DNA from: an uncultured delta proteobacterium
GTDB taxonomy: Bacteria; Desulfobacterota; Desulfomonilia; UBA1062
Length of the DNA stretch: 64,000 nt
Assembly: GCA_963752595.1 (NCBI GenBank)
Contig: CAVVYZ010000030.1
Location: forward strand, 96,001 to 160,000
Direction of reading: 5' to 3'
The position numbers and the translations under genes were made by a program. Numbering within the stretch: the stretch's first letter is position 1; each line of letters begins with the position of its first letter. Shown here in pieces: positions 52,333-62,407 of this stretch. The notes under the pieces were generated by a model, which made no database searches, was not told where the DNA came from, and saw only the letters and a list, made by a program, of their open reading frames with translations.

Positions 52333-52629
52333 TATGTATTCGTGAAACCGTAAGGATTGAGCAAGGGGTGGACAAGAGACAGGATTTTGATATCCCTGGC
52401 AGAAAAAGGAATATTCTGCGGCACAGAGAATATCCTGAAGTACATTTGGTAAAATATTTTTATAATTCTGAATGGAGAATGTGCGAGGGCGATAAGAAAC
52501 GGTTGAAAGTCACAAAACAATTTGGCGAGGCCTCCATGCATGATGGTTCAGGTTCATCTTACGCTTGAGGAACCGGATATGCATTTCATTGTGGAACGGA
52601 TGGCTGGTGTATTGAGAAATGGTGTGTAA
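52333..52629 (+). pseudogene. Eroded 3' remnant of a DegT-family sugar 4-aminotransferase
   Basis: Frame-broken translation YVFVKP*GLSKGWTRDRIL...KKRLKVTKQFGEASM/MMVQVHLTLEEPDM...GV* resembles the C-terminus (YVFVRPE..GW.RDRI...RL.VA.ELGETS.M..VHPTL) that I recall for such enzymes. Confidence 0.65.
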
Positions 52630-52645
52630 TCTTGCCATTCTTAAC

Positions 52646-52673
52646 TTGAACTATTTGATAATTCGGGTATAAT
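52646..52673 (+). promoter_or_regulatory. Putative sigma70 promoter
   Basis: TTGAAC, 16 bp, TATAAT; 65 bp upstream of ATG 52738. Confidence 0.5.
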
Positions 52674-52737
52674 AGATAATTATCTCAAAAAGATATTGAT
52701 TTGTTCATGTGATTATACGTCAGAGGCTGGTTAGATA

Positions 52738-54681
52738 ATGCAGGTTTTTTTCAAAAAGAATTTCTGGATTATTTTTCTGCTGGATCTGCTCCTGCTGTCA
52801 GTATGCTACTACCTCGCATATTGGCTGAGATTCGACGGGGCCTTGACTCCGGCTGTCAGGAAAATGATCTTGTCGACCATTCTCCCCTTGTTAGGGATAA
52901 AAATTACCTGTTTCATTTTTTTTGACCTGTACAATGGCATGTGGAGATATGTCGGCATAAAAGATCTCATCAATGTCATCAAGGCTTCGGTTTCCGGGTC
53001 TTTGTTATTTGTGGTCTACCTTGCAACATTATATCACTTTTCGGGAATCTCCCGGGGCGCCTTGCTTGCAGATGCAGTATTGACCATAGTCTTCATCGGC
53101 GGGGTGAGGCTGTTGATCCGACTCTATTATCAGCGCGACCAGGGTTTTTTTGATGAAATAATCTTCTGGCGCAAGGCTCAAAAAGAAACTACGAAAGTCC
53201 TTATTATCGGAACAGGGTATCTTGCAGTAAGCCTGTTGCGGGAGATCCGTGATGAGAAAAAACTCAGTTACCGGGTGATGGGTTTTGTGGACGCGGGTTC
53301 AAAGAATAAAGGGATGAAAATACATGGAATCCCAATTCTTGGCGCTCTGGGAAATATTCCCCAACTGGTAGGATATTACGGTATCGAGAATATACTTATT
53401 GCCGATGCCGGGTTAAAACCCCAAGAGATTGCAGACATAATTCAATCCTGCGATGGCTTGGGGGTTCACTTCAAGGTCATTCAGTCGCTTTCCGAGATGA
53501 TCGCGAATAATGTCGCTGACAATCTCAGGGATATCAAAGTGGAGGACCTTCTTGAAAGAGAGCAGATCTCTCTCGATATGCAGCTCGTCAGGGCCGAGAT
53601 AGAAAACCAGACTGTCCTGATAACCGGCGCCGGTGGGTCGATTGGTTCCGAACTTGCCAGACAGATCCATGCGTTCAATCCCAAACGGCTTATTCTCCTA
53701 GATAATGCTGAGACGCCATTGTACCAGATAGACATTGAGCTTCAATCAAAAGCAGGTGAAACAGAAATTATCCCCTGCATAGGTGATGTACGGAGCAGGC
53801 GTGGGTTGGACCGCATATTCCATAAATATAAGCCGCAATTCGTGTATCATGCGGCTGCTTATAAACATGTGCCCATGATGGAGTTATCTCCTCTCGATGC
53901 AGTGAACAACAATATTATCGGGACATTCAAGCTGGCAAGTGTGGCCTGCAAGCATCATGTCAACAAATTCGTTCTGATATCAACAGACAAGGCGGTGCGG
54001 CCCACATCCGTTATGGGCACAACCAAGAGAATTGCGGAAATGGTCGTGCAGTCTCTGAATGGAAACGGAACCCGGTTTTTGGTGGTACGTTTCGGGAATG
54101 TCTTGGGAAGCAACGGCAGTGTTGTGCCTCTGTTCCAGAGACAGATAGCTTCCGGAGGGCCGGTAACGGTTACCCATCCCGAGGTCACCCGCTATTTTAT
54201 GACCATTCCCGAGGCAGTCATGCTGGTGCTGCAGGCCGGTTCCATCGGTAAGGGCGGGGAATTATTCCTGCTCGACATGGGTGAGCCGGTGAAAATACTC
54301 GATCTGGCCAGGAATATGATACGCCTGGCAGGGCTCGCTCCTGATCGGGACATCAAGATAGAATTCATTGGAATGCGCCCAGGTGAGAAGTTGTATGAAG
54401 AGTTGCTCATAGACGGTGAAGGAGTACTTGACACTGCATATGAAAAGATCAAGGTCTGCAACAATGCAAATGGATTCGATGAAACGACAATCTTTGAAGC
54501 TATTGAGCACTTTAATCTATTACTGAAAGACTCCCGGGATAATGAGTCTGTTATCAAGGTCTTGGAAAATCTTGTACCGGCTTTTCAATTAGACACTCGT
54601 CTTCAAAAGACGGAAGCAACGAAAAAATATACTATTACAGAGAAGGATAAGAAAATTAATCTCGAGGGTACGATACATTGA
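52738..54681 (+). CDS. Membrane-bound UDP-GlcNAc 4,6-dehydratase (PglF/WbpM/CapD family)
   Basis: Four N-terminal TMs, EDLLER, TGAGGSIGSEL, HAAAYKHVP, ISTDKAV, RFGNVLGSNGSV, RPGEKLYEEL. Confidence 0.95.
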   Translation: MQVFFKKNFWIIFLLDLLLLSVCYYLAYWLRFDGALTPAVRKMILSTILPLLGIKITCFIFFDLYNGMWRYVGIKDLINVIKASVSGSLLFVVYLATLYHFSGISRGALLADAVLTIVFIGGVRLLIRLYYQRDQGFFDEIIFWRKAQKETTKVLIIGTGYLAVSLLREIRDEKKLSYRVMGFVDAGSKNKGMKIHGIPILGALGNIPQLVGYYGIENILIADAGLKPQEIADIIQSCDGLGVHFKVIQSLSEMIANNVADNLRDIKVEDLLEREQISLDMQLVRAEIENQTVLITGAGGSIGSELARQIHAFNPKRLILLDNAETPLYQIDIELQSKAGETEIIPCIGDVRSRRGLDRIFHKYKPQFVYHAAAYKHVPMMELSPLDAVNNNIIGTFKLASVACKHHVNKFVLISTDKAVRPTSVMGTTKRIAEMVVQSLNGNGTRFLVVRFGNVLGSNGSVVPLFQRQIASGGPVTVTHPEVTRYFMTIPEAVMLVLQAGSIGKGGELFLLDMGEPVKILDLARNMIRLAGLAPDRDIKIEFIGMRPGEKLYEELLIDGEGVLDTAYEKIKVCNNANGFDETTIFEAIEHFNLLLKDSRDNESVIKVLENLVPAFQLDTRLQKTEATKKYTITEKDKKINLEGTIH

Positions 54682-54918
54682 AGAGGTCTTTGTTATCATT
54701 GTCATAATGAACACCTCCCGATATTCATAACCTGAAATAGTTCCAGTGAAACCTTTGTGTAGTTCCAACTTTGGCAAATCTCGATTATGAGCATACCTCC
54801 GGTGATGAATGTGTATCATGTCAGAGAGTTGTCTTCAAGGAAAGATCAAACTGTGAAACATAAATCCTGAAAGGATGAACGTTTTGCCGGCATGGTCGGC
54901 AAGCACGAGAACGAAGGT

Positions 54919-56202
54919 ATGAATACAAATGGAGCATTATATGTTGTAGGGATAAAGTCATATATTCTCCCCATTCTTTTGATAGGTGCTATTTTATCTG
55001 AAATAAACATTACTCTTCTTGAAGGGAATATCTCAGTTAAGTTTAGTATAGGCGATATTATCATCTTTGTTACAGTTCTCGGCTATGTGTATTATTCATG
55101 GGACAACCTAAAAAAAATTGCTACCAGAAACATATCCCTCATTATCATAAGTTTGATATTTATTCTGGTCTCGTTATGTACCAGCTGCATTCATAATGAT
55201 TACTGGCTTATTTCACTTAAGTTCTGCATAAAAATCTGCATACTTTTCTTCTTGCTTACTTTAATCTATCAGGATTCGCTTATATCTCGGGGTACATTAA
55301 CGGCACTATTCTTGATTATGATATTTATTAATGTGGTTGGGGTATTAGAATATTTTTATTATGATAAGATGGAAAATATTTTATTACTTTTTAAATCTAA
55401 GGATAGTCTGGCTACATATAAGTATTCGTTTGTAAGTTCAATTTTCCCGAGTACTAACACGTTCGCTGTCTTCAATGCTGTATTTATCGTCACTTCGTTG
55501 TACATCACATCGCATTACACTTTTTTAGTAAATCGATATTTATGCTGCCTTAGTCTCCTACTCTGCATAGTAGGTCTTTTCCTGTCTTCAAGCAGGAACG
55601 CATTATTGACCCTTATCGTTGGAGTATTAGCCCTGGTAGTTTCATTGGTAAAAGGGAAGAAAAATCTCCTGGTAGCGTTTGCAATACTATTGTTTTCTCT
55701 CGTCATAATATTTTCCGGTCTATACATCCAGAAACCCCTTGCAAATAGATTTGCAGATTTAGTTTCCATTCCATCAATGATGTTTGATGGAAATACCCTC
55801 GGGATAGGAGTAGTACTGCAGGCTAGATTGGATATTTGGAGAAGAGGAGTGGATTTATTTATAGAAAAGCCGATTTTCGGGATTGGTGCAAGCCAGTTTA
55901 TAATGAGAAATGAGTTTGACGGTGGTGATACCATACATCTGCATAATATATTTGCCGAAATACTCGTGAATCATGGCATTGTCGGATTTGCACTCTTCAT
56001 GGCTCTCATCGGAGCTTGGTTTAAGAATGCAATTAGGGGTTGGCAAGTGTCATTAATTATTACTCTTTTTGTTTCTCACCTGTTTGATTGTTTTGTTTTT
56101 TACAACATAATATGGCTCATATTCACACCATGGATAATTGCTCTAACAACCAGAAATAACGCAGAAATGTTTATTATGAACAATTTTAACTACTTAAAAT
56201 AA
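54919..56202 (+). CDS. O-antigen ligase/Wzy_C-family membrane protein
   Basis: Polytopic; LSSSRNA, R..IW..G...F..KPIFGIG, HLHNIF.EIL...GIVG. Confidence 0.82.
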   Translation: MNTNGALYVVGIKSYILPILLIGAILSEINITLLEGNISVKFSIGDIIIFVTVLGYVYYSWDNLKKIATRNISLIIISLIFILVSLCTSCIHNDYWLISLKFCIKICILFFLLTLIYQDSLISRGTLTALFLIMIFINVVGVLEYFYYDKMENILLLFKSKDSLATYKYSFVSSIFPSTNTFAVFNAVFIVTSLYITSHYTFLVNRYLCCLSLLLCIVGLFLSSSRNALLTLIVGVLALVVSLVKGKKNLLVAFAILLFSLVIIFSGLYIQKPLANRFADLVSIPSMMFDGNTLGIGVVLQARLDIWRRGVDLFIEKPIFGIGASQFIMRNEFDGGDTIHLHNIFAEILVNHGIVGFALFMALIGAWFKNAIRGWQVSLIITLFVSHLFDCFVFYNIIWLIFTPWIIALTTRNNAEMFIMNNFNYLK

Positions 56203-56246
56203 CAAGTTGTAATCACAAGAGTTGGTCTTAGCGAGCATGTAGTATT

Positions 56247-57497
56247 GTGGATACCATAAAAAAGAATATTTTCTATCAAGCCCTTGCCCAAGTAGGAGGC
56301 AAGGGCTTGATGTTTTTTGTTTATATGCTACTTGCAAGGATTCTCGGTCCTGCACTCTATGGCATCTTTGGTTATACCCTTTCCTCCATCCAGATCATTA
56401 GTGGAGTCTTCTTTGATCTCGGTCTTTTATTGATTGTTACGAAAGAGTTATCTGGCGGCAATGATTCGATATATATACCAGCATTATGGCTGAAAGTGGG
56501 GGGTTCTATACTGGGGAGTATACTTTTTTTCCTATTGATCCCAGTTCTCCACTTCCCTCTTGTCTTAACCATATCACTTGTGACCTGGGCTATTTTTAAT
56601 TCGTTCACAGACTTCTACTTTTGCGTATTCCGTGCAAAAAGCAAGATGTACGGTGAAGCGATTACAATGATAAGCCAGAGGCTTTTCCTGCTGGGTATGC
56701 TCTACCTCATTTACGCTGGATCTATATATCATTTTCAATCCTTAGAGCTCTATGCAAGCGGAGCAGCATTCTGTTGCTCTGCCTTGTTCGGGCTTATAGT
56801 GGCCTTCTTGCTAGTAAGACGGATGTTCCCTTCTTTCCTGTATCACAAAGAGAAGAGAATGGTGGTCCGTGAAGTGAAAGCCCTTGCAAAAAAGGCATTG
56901 CCCCTTGTAGGGGTGAGCTTTTTTGGTTTTATTTATTACAAAATTGATATCGTTCTCCTGGGGCTTCTTTCCACTAACGAACAAGTGGGATTTTACAATG
57001 CATCATACAGGATCATCGAGGCATCATTATTGATACCAATGATTGTAACCAATACCCTGTATCCCAGGCTTGCGCTCTCATGGGTTAATAATTTTGAAAG
57101 ATTCAGCAGGACATTTAAGAAGGCTGTCGCTGCCTTATTATTGGTGTCGTTGTTAGTGGCGATGAGCATTGTCACCTTGTCCACTCCGATTGTAGTTACC
57201 TTGTTCGGCAGGGAGTTTCAGCCATCAGCCGAGATACTCTGCTTGCTGGCAGGCACCGTCGTTATGGTGTATCCAGGTTATTTAATGACTCAATCTCTGG
57301 TTATATTGGGTAAGCAGAAGGGGTATTTGTTCGTTACGATAAGTGCTGCAGTTATTAATATTGTGCTAAACTGTTTTTTTATTCCGCTATGGCAGGCAAA
57401 AGGGGCGGCAGCAGCTACAATCATCACTGAGGCGTCGGTAACGTGTATAGCTGCTTTTATCATAATCCGGCATATTAAAATCAGGAGACAGGGTTGA
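56247..57497 (+). CDS. wzx: Second flippase (Wzx/RfbX family)
   Basis: LARILGP..YG, FDLGL, IYYKIDIVLLG, VGFYNASYR, LFG.EF, GAAAAT..TE. Confidence 0.9.
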   Translation: MDTIKKNIFYQALAQVGGKGLMFFVYMLLARILGPALYGIFGYTLSSIQIISGVFFDLGLLLIVTKELSGGNDSIYIPALWLKVGGSILGSILFFLLIPVLHFPLVLTISLVTWAIFNSFTDFYFCVFRAKSKMYGEAITMISQRLFLLGMLYLIYAGSIYHFQSLELYASGAAFCCSALFGLIVAFLLVRRMFPSFLYHKEKRMVVREVKALAKKALPLVGVSFFGFIYYKIDIVLLGLLSTNEQVGFYNASYRIIEASLLIPMIVTNTLYPRLALSWVNNFERFSRTFKKAVAALLLVSLLVAMSIVTLSTPIVVTLFGREFQPSAEILCLLAGTVVMVYPGYLMTQSLVILGKQKGYLFVTISAAVINIVLNCFFIPLWQAKGAAAATIITEASVTCIAAFIIIRHIKIRRQG

Positions 57498-58615
57498 GAA
57501 TCGGTATCGATGCACGGGTTATGTCTTTGAAAGCAGGCGGCATCGGAAGATATACGCTGGAAATGGCTAAGTCCATGGCTGCCCAGACAAAGGCAAATGA
57601 TCATGAATTTATCCTGTATCCCGGGAAAGATACCGATATTCTTGAACTGCCGGATAATTGGAAATACTCGAAGAGAAAACTTACTTCCCGGGGCATCCTG
57701 CGTTCCCTGTTCTATTCCTACATAGCCGGGAAAGACCGGTTGGATGCATTTTACTCTGCAGATTATCTGGGGCCTGTATTACCCATGCCATGCAAAACAG
57801 TGATCACCATACATGACCTTATTCCCATTGTTTATCCCAGTATTACACGATTCCAGCACAGGCTTGTCGGGAACTATCTTTTGCCCCATGCCATGAGGAA
57901 TGCTTCGGCAATTATATCCGTATCAACGGCAACGAAAAAAGATATCCTGAAGTATACTAGTGTCCCTGAGAATAAGATAAAAGTAATTTATGAGGGCAAG
58001 AACGCATCCTTCTATCCAAGAGCTCAGGACGACAGGGCTACCCGTGAAGTTCGTTCTTACTATGGAATAGGAAGGGATCAGTATTTCTTATCTCTTGGCG
58101 TATCGGACTCCAAAAAGAATATAAAAAAAATCATAAAAGCCTTTTCAGAAGCTATCAAGAGATTAGAAAGCAGATGCATACTTGTGTTAGCAGGGAGCAC
58201 CGGACAGAACAATTCAACACTGGAGCACCTGATTAATGAATTGCACATACAGGATAAAATCCTGTTTACCGGTTTCGTACAGGATGAGCACCTTCCGCTT
58301 CTGATGAGCGGCGCGCGGGCCTTCTGCTTTCCTTCACTTTACGAAGGTTTCGGCCTGCCTGTGCTGGAGGCTATGGCCTGCGGTTGCCCGGTCATAACCT
58401 CAAATATTTCATCTCTGCCTGAAGTCGCCGGTAATGCGGCCCTGCTTGTCGACCCCGCCAACGTGGAACAGCTTTCACAAGCCATGGAAAGGCTTCTTAA
58501 GGATGATGAACTGTATAATGATTTGAGAGCCAGGGGTATTTCCCAGTCAGAGAGATTCTCGTGGGAACATGCCGCAGCAGAACTACTCGAGTTGCTGGTA
58601 TCGACAAATCGATGA
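57494..58615 (+). CDS. Glycosyltransferase family 4 (mannosyltransferase-like)
   Basis: [36 protein letters not shown]. Confidence 0.93.
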   Translation: MRIGIDARVMSLKAGGIGRYTLEMAKSMAAQTKANDHEFILYPGKDTDILELPDNWKYSKRKLTSRGILRSLFYSYIAGKDRLDAFYSADYLGPVLPMPCKTVITIHDLIPIVYPSITRFQHRLVGNYLLPHAMRNASAIISVSTATKKDILKYTSVPENKIKVIYEGKNASFYPRAQDDRATREVRSYYGIGRDQYFLSLGVSDSKKNIKKIIKAFSEAIKRLESRCILVLAGSTGQNNSTLEHLINELHIQDKILFTGFVQDEHLPLLMSGARAFCFPSLYEGFGLPVLEAMACGCPVITSNISSLPEVAGNAALLVDPANVEQLSQAMERLLKDDELYNDLRARGISQSERFSWEHAAAELLELLVSTNR

Positions 58616-59739
58616 AGAAGATATCTTTGGTCATTGACTCCAGGGTCATAAAGAGCTCCGGCATTGGAGTATATCTTCAGGAATTATTACCGTATATCTT
58701 GAGAACCGGCAATTTTCATGTATCCCTTTTAGGGAGGAAACAGGCAGTCGAAGAGACTTTCCGGGGAAACGAATTAAATGAAGCCAAGATCATTGAATGC
58801 AGCGCCGGCATATACTCTTTGCGTGAGCAGGCTGAGATCCCCTTGAAAGTGCCGCCATGCGATATATTCTGGTCCCCCCACTACAATATTCCCATACTTC
58901 CTATCAGGGCAAAGCATCGCGTAGTCACCATCCACGATGTTTATCACCTTGCCTATATACATACATTGAATCTTGTTGAGAAGCTGTACGCCAGAATGGT
59001 CCTCCCTCTCGCTGCTGTCCTTTCTGAAAGAGTAGTTACAGTTTCATCCTTTTCAAAAAGTGAGATAGTGAAATACACCGGCATCAAGCCGAAAAAGATA
59101 GAGGTAATTCATAATGGTGTGGATTATCTCAAGTTTCAGGATACAAAGGATAATAATGTTCTGAATCTATCGGGCAGTTACCTGCTTTATGTCGGCAATG
59201 TCAAACCGCATAAGAATATCATAGGGCTCATCAGTGCCTTTGCCATGTTTCACAAATCCTTTCCGGACGTGAAGCTGGTAATCGTGGGTAAGAAAGACAA
59301 CTTCATTCATGGCATTCAGAACCTGGACGTATTCATAAAAAATCTGGAAATTGATGGGCATATTGTGTTTACCGGGTTCGTCGAGAGTGATGCTCTGTAT
59401 AGCCTTTATAAAAATGCATATGTGTTTGTGTTTCCCTCTCTCTATGAGGGGTTCGGCCTTCCTCCTATTGAAGCCATGGCATCGGGCGTCCCTGTGGTGG
59501 CTTCTCGATCTGCATCCATTCCTGAGGTGTGCGGTGATGCTGCAGTTTATGTAGACCCCCACAACCCCCAGGATATCGCTCAGGGAATTATTAAGGTTTT
59601 TCGTGATGATTCCCTCCGGAATGAGCTAATCGGAAAAGGCTATGCCCGGGCAAAGTGTTTTCCCTGGCAGGCATCTGCAGCGAAACATGTGAAGCTTTTT
59701 GAAGCAATAAATGGTAATGATAACTTCCTGAATGATTGA
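58612..59739 (+). CDS. Glycosyltransferase family 4 (mannosyltransferase-like)
   Basis: [39 protein letters not shown]. Confidence 0.93.
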   Translation: MKKISLVIDSRVIKSSGIGVYLQELLPYILRTGNFHVSLLGRKQAVEETFRGNELNEAKIIECSAGIYSLREQAEIPLKVPPCDIFWSPHYNIPILPIRAKHRVVTIHDVYHLAYIHTLNLVEKLYARMVLPLAAVLSERVVTVSSFSKSEIVKYTGIKPKKIEVIHNGVDYLKFQDTKDNNVLNLSGSYLLYVGNVKPHKNIIGLISAFAMFHKSFPDVKLVIVGKKDNFIHGIQNLDVFIKNLEIDGHIVFTGFVESDALYSLYKNAYVFVFPSLYEGFGLPPIEAMASGVPVVASRSASIPEVCGDAAVYVDPHNPQDIAQGIIKVFRDDSLRNELIGKGYARAKCFPWQASAAKHVKLFEAINGNDNFLND

Positions 59740-59816
59740 TTGATCTTATATGCTTTGGACAGCATAAGTATCAGAAAACAATTAAAAAGATAATCCATAG
59801 GACTTTAAAGAATACC

Positions 59817-60938
59817 ATGAGAGTCGCTTTAATTCATGACTGGCTGACCGGTATGAGGGGAGGGGAGAAGTGTCTTGAATGCTTCTGCGAGATGTTTCCG
59901 GATGCTGACGTATACTCATTGCTCCATACAAGGGGGAAATGCTCAAAGACCATTGAGCGCATGAAGGTCATAACTTCCTTTGTTGATCGTATTCCCTATA
60001 AGGATCGCTATTACCGTCACATGCTTCCCTTGTTTCCCGTTGCCATCGAGCGTTTCATATTGAAAGATTATGATCTTATCTTAAGCTCCAGCCACTGTGT
60101 CGCAAAGGGCATTATCCCAGGTCCCGATGTTCTGCATATTTCATACGTGCATTCGCCCATGAGGTATGTCTGGGACATGTACGATGAGTATTTCGGAAAA
60201 GGCAGGGTACATCCAATTATCGGCAAGGCTATCTCATTCTTTGCCACATACCTGAGGGCGTGGGATGTGGTTTCCTCTGCAAGGGTCGATCATTTCGTAG
60301 CAAATTCCAATCATGTTGCGCGCCGGATTGAGAAGTACTACCGGCGAGAGGCCTCGGTGATAAATCCTCCGGTTGATCTCGACAGGTTCAGGATATCAGA
60401 AAAGACTGAAGATTATTATTTGATAGTTGCTGCCTTTGTTTCGTACAAAAGGATCGACCTGGCGATAGAGGCGTTCAATGAGTTGGGCTTGCGGTTGAAG
60501 ATAGTGGGGACAGGTCCGGACGAAGCGATGCTCAAGAAGCTGGCAGGCCCTACGATCGAGTTCCTCGGCTGGACAGATGATGATGCATTGGCGGATCTGT
60601 ATTCACGGTGCAGGGCCTTCATTTTTCCGGGCGAGGAAGACTTCGGCATCACCCCGCTGGAAGCAATGGCATCCGGAAGGCCGGTCATCGCATACGCAAA
60701 AGGCGGTGCCCTGGAAACGGTAAGGGGTACTGAATGTGACAGCCCGACAGGACTTTTTTTCAAAGAGCAATCCAAGGCTGCTCTGGTTGCCGCTATCGAG
60801 CAATTCGAAAATAACCTGGCATTATACAGCCCTGATGCCATTCGTAAGCACGCTTCCCATTGGAAGCGGGACAGATTCAAAGATGAAATGGCCCGAACCA
60901 TCGAGGAGCTTTTCATGAGTCAGAACAACAAGAGCTGA
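59817..60938 (+). CDS. Glycosyltransferase family 4 (WbaZ-like)
   Basis: ALIHDWLTGMRGGEK, SSSHCVAKG, HSPMRY.WD, EEDFGITPLEAMASG. Confidence 0.93.
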   Translation: MRVALIHDWLTGMRGGEKCLECFCEMFPDADVYSLLHTRGKCSKTIERMKVITSFVDRIPYKDRYYRHMLPLFPVAIERFILKDYDLILSSSHCVAKGIIPGPDVLHISYVHSPMRYVWDMYDEYFGKGRVHPIIGKAISFFATYLRAWDVVSSARVDHFVANSNHVARRIEKYYRREASVINPPVDLDRFRISEKTEDYYLIVAAFVSYKRIDLAIEAFNELGLRLKIVGTGPDEAMLKKLAGPTIEFLGWTDDDALADLYSRCRAFIFPGEEDFGITPLEAMASGRPVIAYAKGGALETVRGTECDSPTGLFFKEQSKAALVAAIEQFENNLALYSPDAIRKHASHWKRDRFKDEMARTIEELFMSQNNKS

Positions 60939-60964
60939 AGAGCGAAGTCAGCGAATCCAAGAAT

Positions 60965-62395
60965 ATGATAAAACTCGGGTATAAGTTCCTGAAACAGGTC
61001 TTTTGTTCCCTCGCCTTGTGCTGTTCAGATATCTTTGCCTTGGCAGTGAGCTTCTGGCTTGGGTACTATTTCAGGACATGGTTTTTTGTAGATGTGATCC
61101 CCATATTCCCGCCCATACAGCATCCAGTAGAAGTGTATTTAGGCATGTGGCCTCTTTTTTTGCTCTTGATCCTGATGTTTGCATATGGAGATCTCTACCC
61201 GTCTATAGGGATGAGCTTTTGGGAAGAATCAAAAAAAATTCTTAAAAGTACTATGGTTGCTTTTGCTGCTGTAGTTATTATGACCTTTATAACCAAGACC
61301 TCGGTGAATTTCTCAAGGACTGTGGTGGTTATGGCATTTTTAATTTCCATTTTGATGCTGCCTGCAATGCGAAAATCCATGCGGTCTTTTCTCAGGATGT
61401 TGGGATTATGGGAGAAGGCTATTGTGCTCATAGGGACGGAAGCGGCCGCGAGAGAAGTGCTGTGCAATCTGAAAAAGCATCCTGACTGGGGTTACATCAC
61501 GGCAGGAGTAGTTCTTCAAAAAGGAGAGACCGCGCCGGAGGGGATGAAACTTATAGGATATGTCGAGAATATGAGAGCCCTTTCCTTCAAGGTTGATGAA
61601 GTCATTGTGGCAATGCCCGATGTTTCCAGAAAGAAGCTGGTAAGTATCGTTGAAGGTGCCTCAAGGTTTGCACCTGTCGTAAAGGTTGTTGCCGATCTCC
61701 ATGGGTTGGCGTCCGTGGGGGTGAGGACCCATGATCTTGACGGGATGCTCCTCCTTGAGATGGAAGACAGGCTTGCTTTAAGGAAGAACAGGGTAATGAA
61801 ACGTGTGTTTGACCTTATATGTTCCGTTTTTTGCTTGATTGTCCTATCGCCGCTTTTTGCCCTGCTGGCACTCCTTGTGAAGCTTGATTCCCGGGGGCCT
61901 GTTTTTTTCGGGCATGCTCGTGTGGGAAAGGACGGAAAGGAGTTCATTTGCTACAAATTCAGAACCATGGTCCCAAATGCTCAGCAGGTCCTCGAAGATC
62001 TCCTGAAGAATGATCTGGAAGCAAGATCGCAATGGCAAAAGGATTATAAACTTAAAGATGATCCAAGAATTACGCGAGTTGGAAACATCTTGAGGAAGAC
62101 AAGTCTTGATGAGCTCCCACAGATCTGGAATGTCCTCAAGGGAGAAATGAGCTTAATAGGTCCAAGGCCTATCGTAACTGATGAGATAGAAAGGTACGGC
62201 CAGAAGTTGAAGTATTTTATTAAGGTAACTCCCGGCATTACCGGACTTTGGCAGGTTTCCGGAAGAAATGATATAGATTATGATGAGAGGGTGCTCCTTG
62301 ACGAGTATTATGCTAAGAACTGGTCTCTTTGGTTGGATATTGAGATCTTATTGCGAACGATTGGCGCGGTTTTAAAGAAAAACGGGGCATATTGA
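60965..62395 (+). CDS. wbaP: Undecaprenyl-phosphate hexose-1-phosphate transferase
   Basis: N-terminal TMs; KRVFD, YKFRTMV, KLKDDPRIT..G..LRKTSLDELPQ, PGITGLWQVSGRN, GAY. Confidence 0.93.
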   Translation: MIKLGYKFLKQVFCSLALCCSDIFALAVSFWLGYYFRTWFFVDVIPIFPPIQHPVEVYLGMWPLFLLLILMFAYGDLYPSIGMSFWEESKKILKSTMVAFAAVVIMTFITKTSVNFSRTVVVMAFLISILMLPAMRKSMRSFLRMLGLWEKAIVLIGTEAAAREVLCNLKKHPDWGYITAGVVLQKGETAPEGMKLIGYVENMRALSFKVDEVIVAMPDVSRKKLVSIVEGASRFAPVVKVVADLHGLASVGVRTHDLDGMLLLEMEDRLALRKNRVMKRVFDLICSVFCLIVLSPLFALLALLVKLDSRGPVFFGHARVGKDGKEFICYKFRTMVPNAQQVLEDLLKNDLEARSQWQKDYKLKDDPRITRVGNILRKTSLDELPQIWNVLKGEMSLIGPRPIVTDEIERYGQKLKYFIKVTPGITGLWQVSGRNDIDYDERVLLDEYYAKNWSLWLDIEILLRTIGAVLKKNGAY

Positions 62396-62407
62396 GCCTA
62401 TTTCCAT

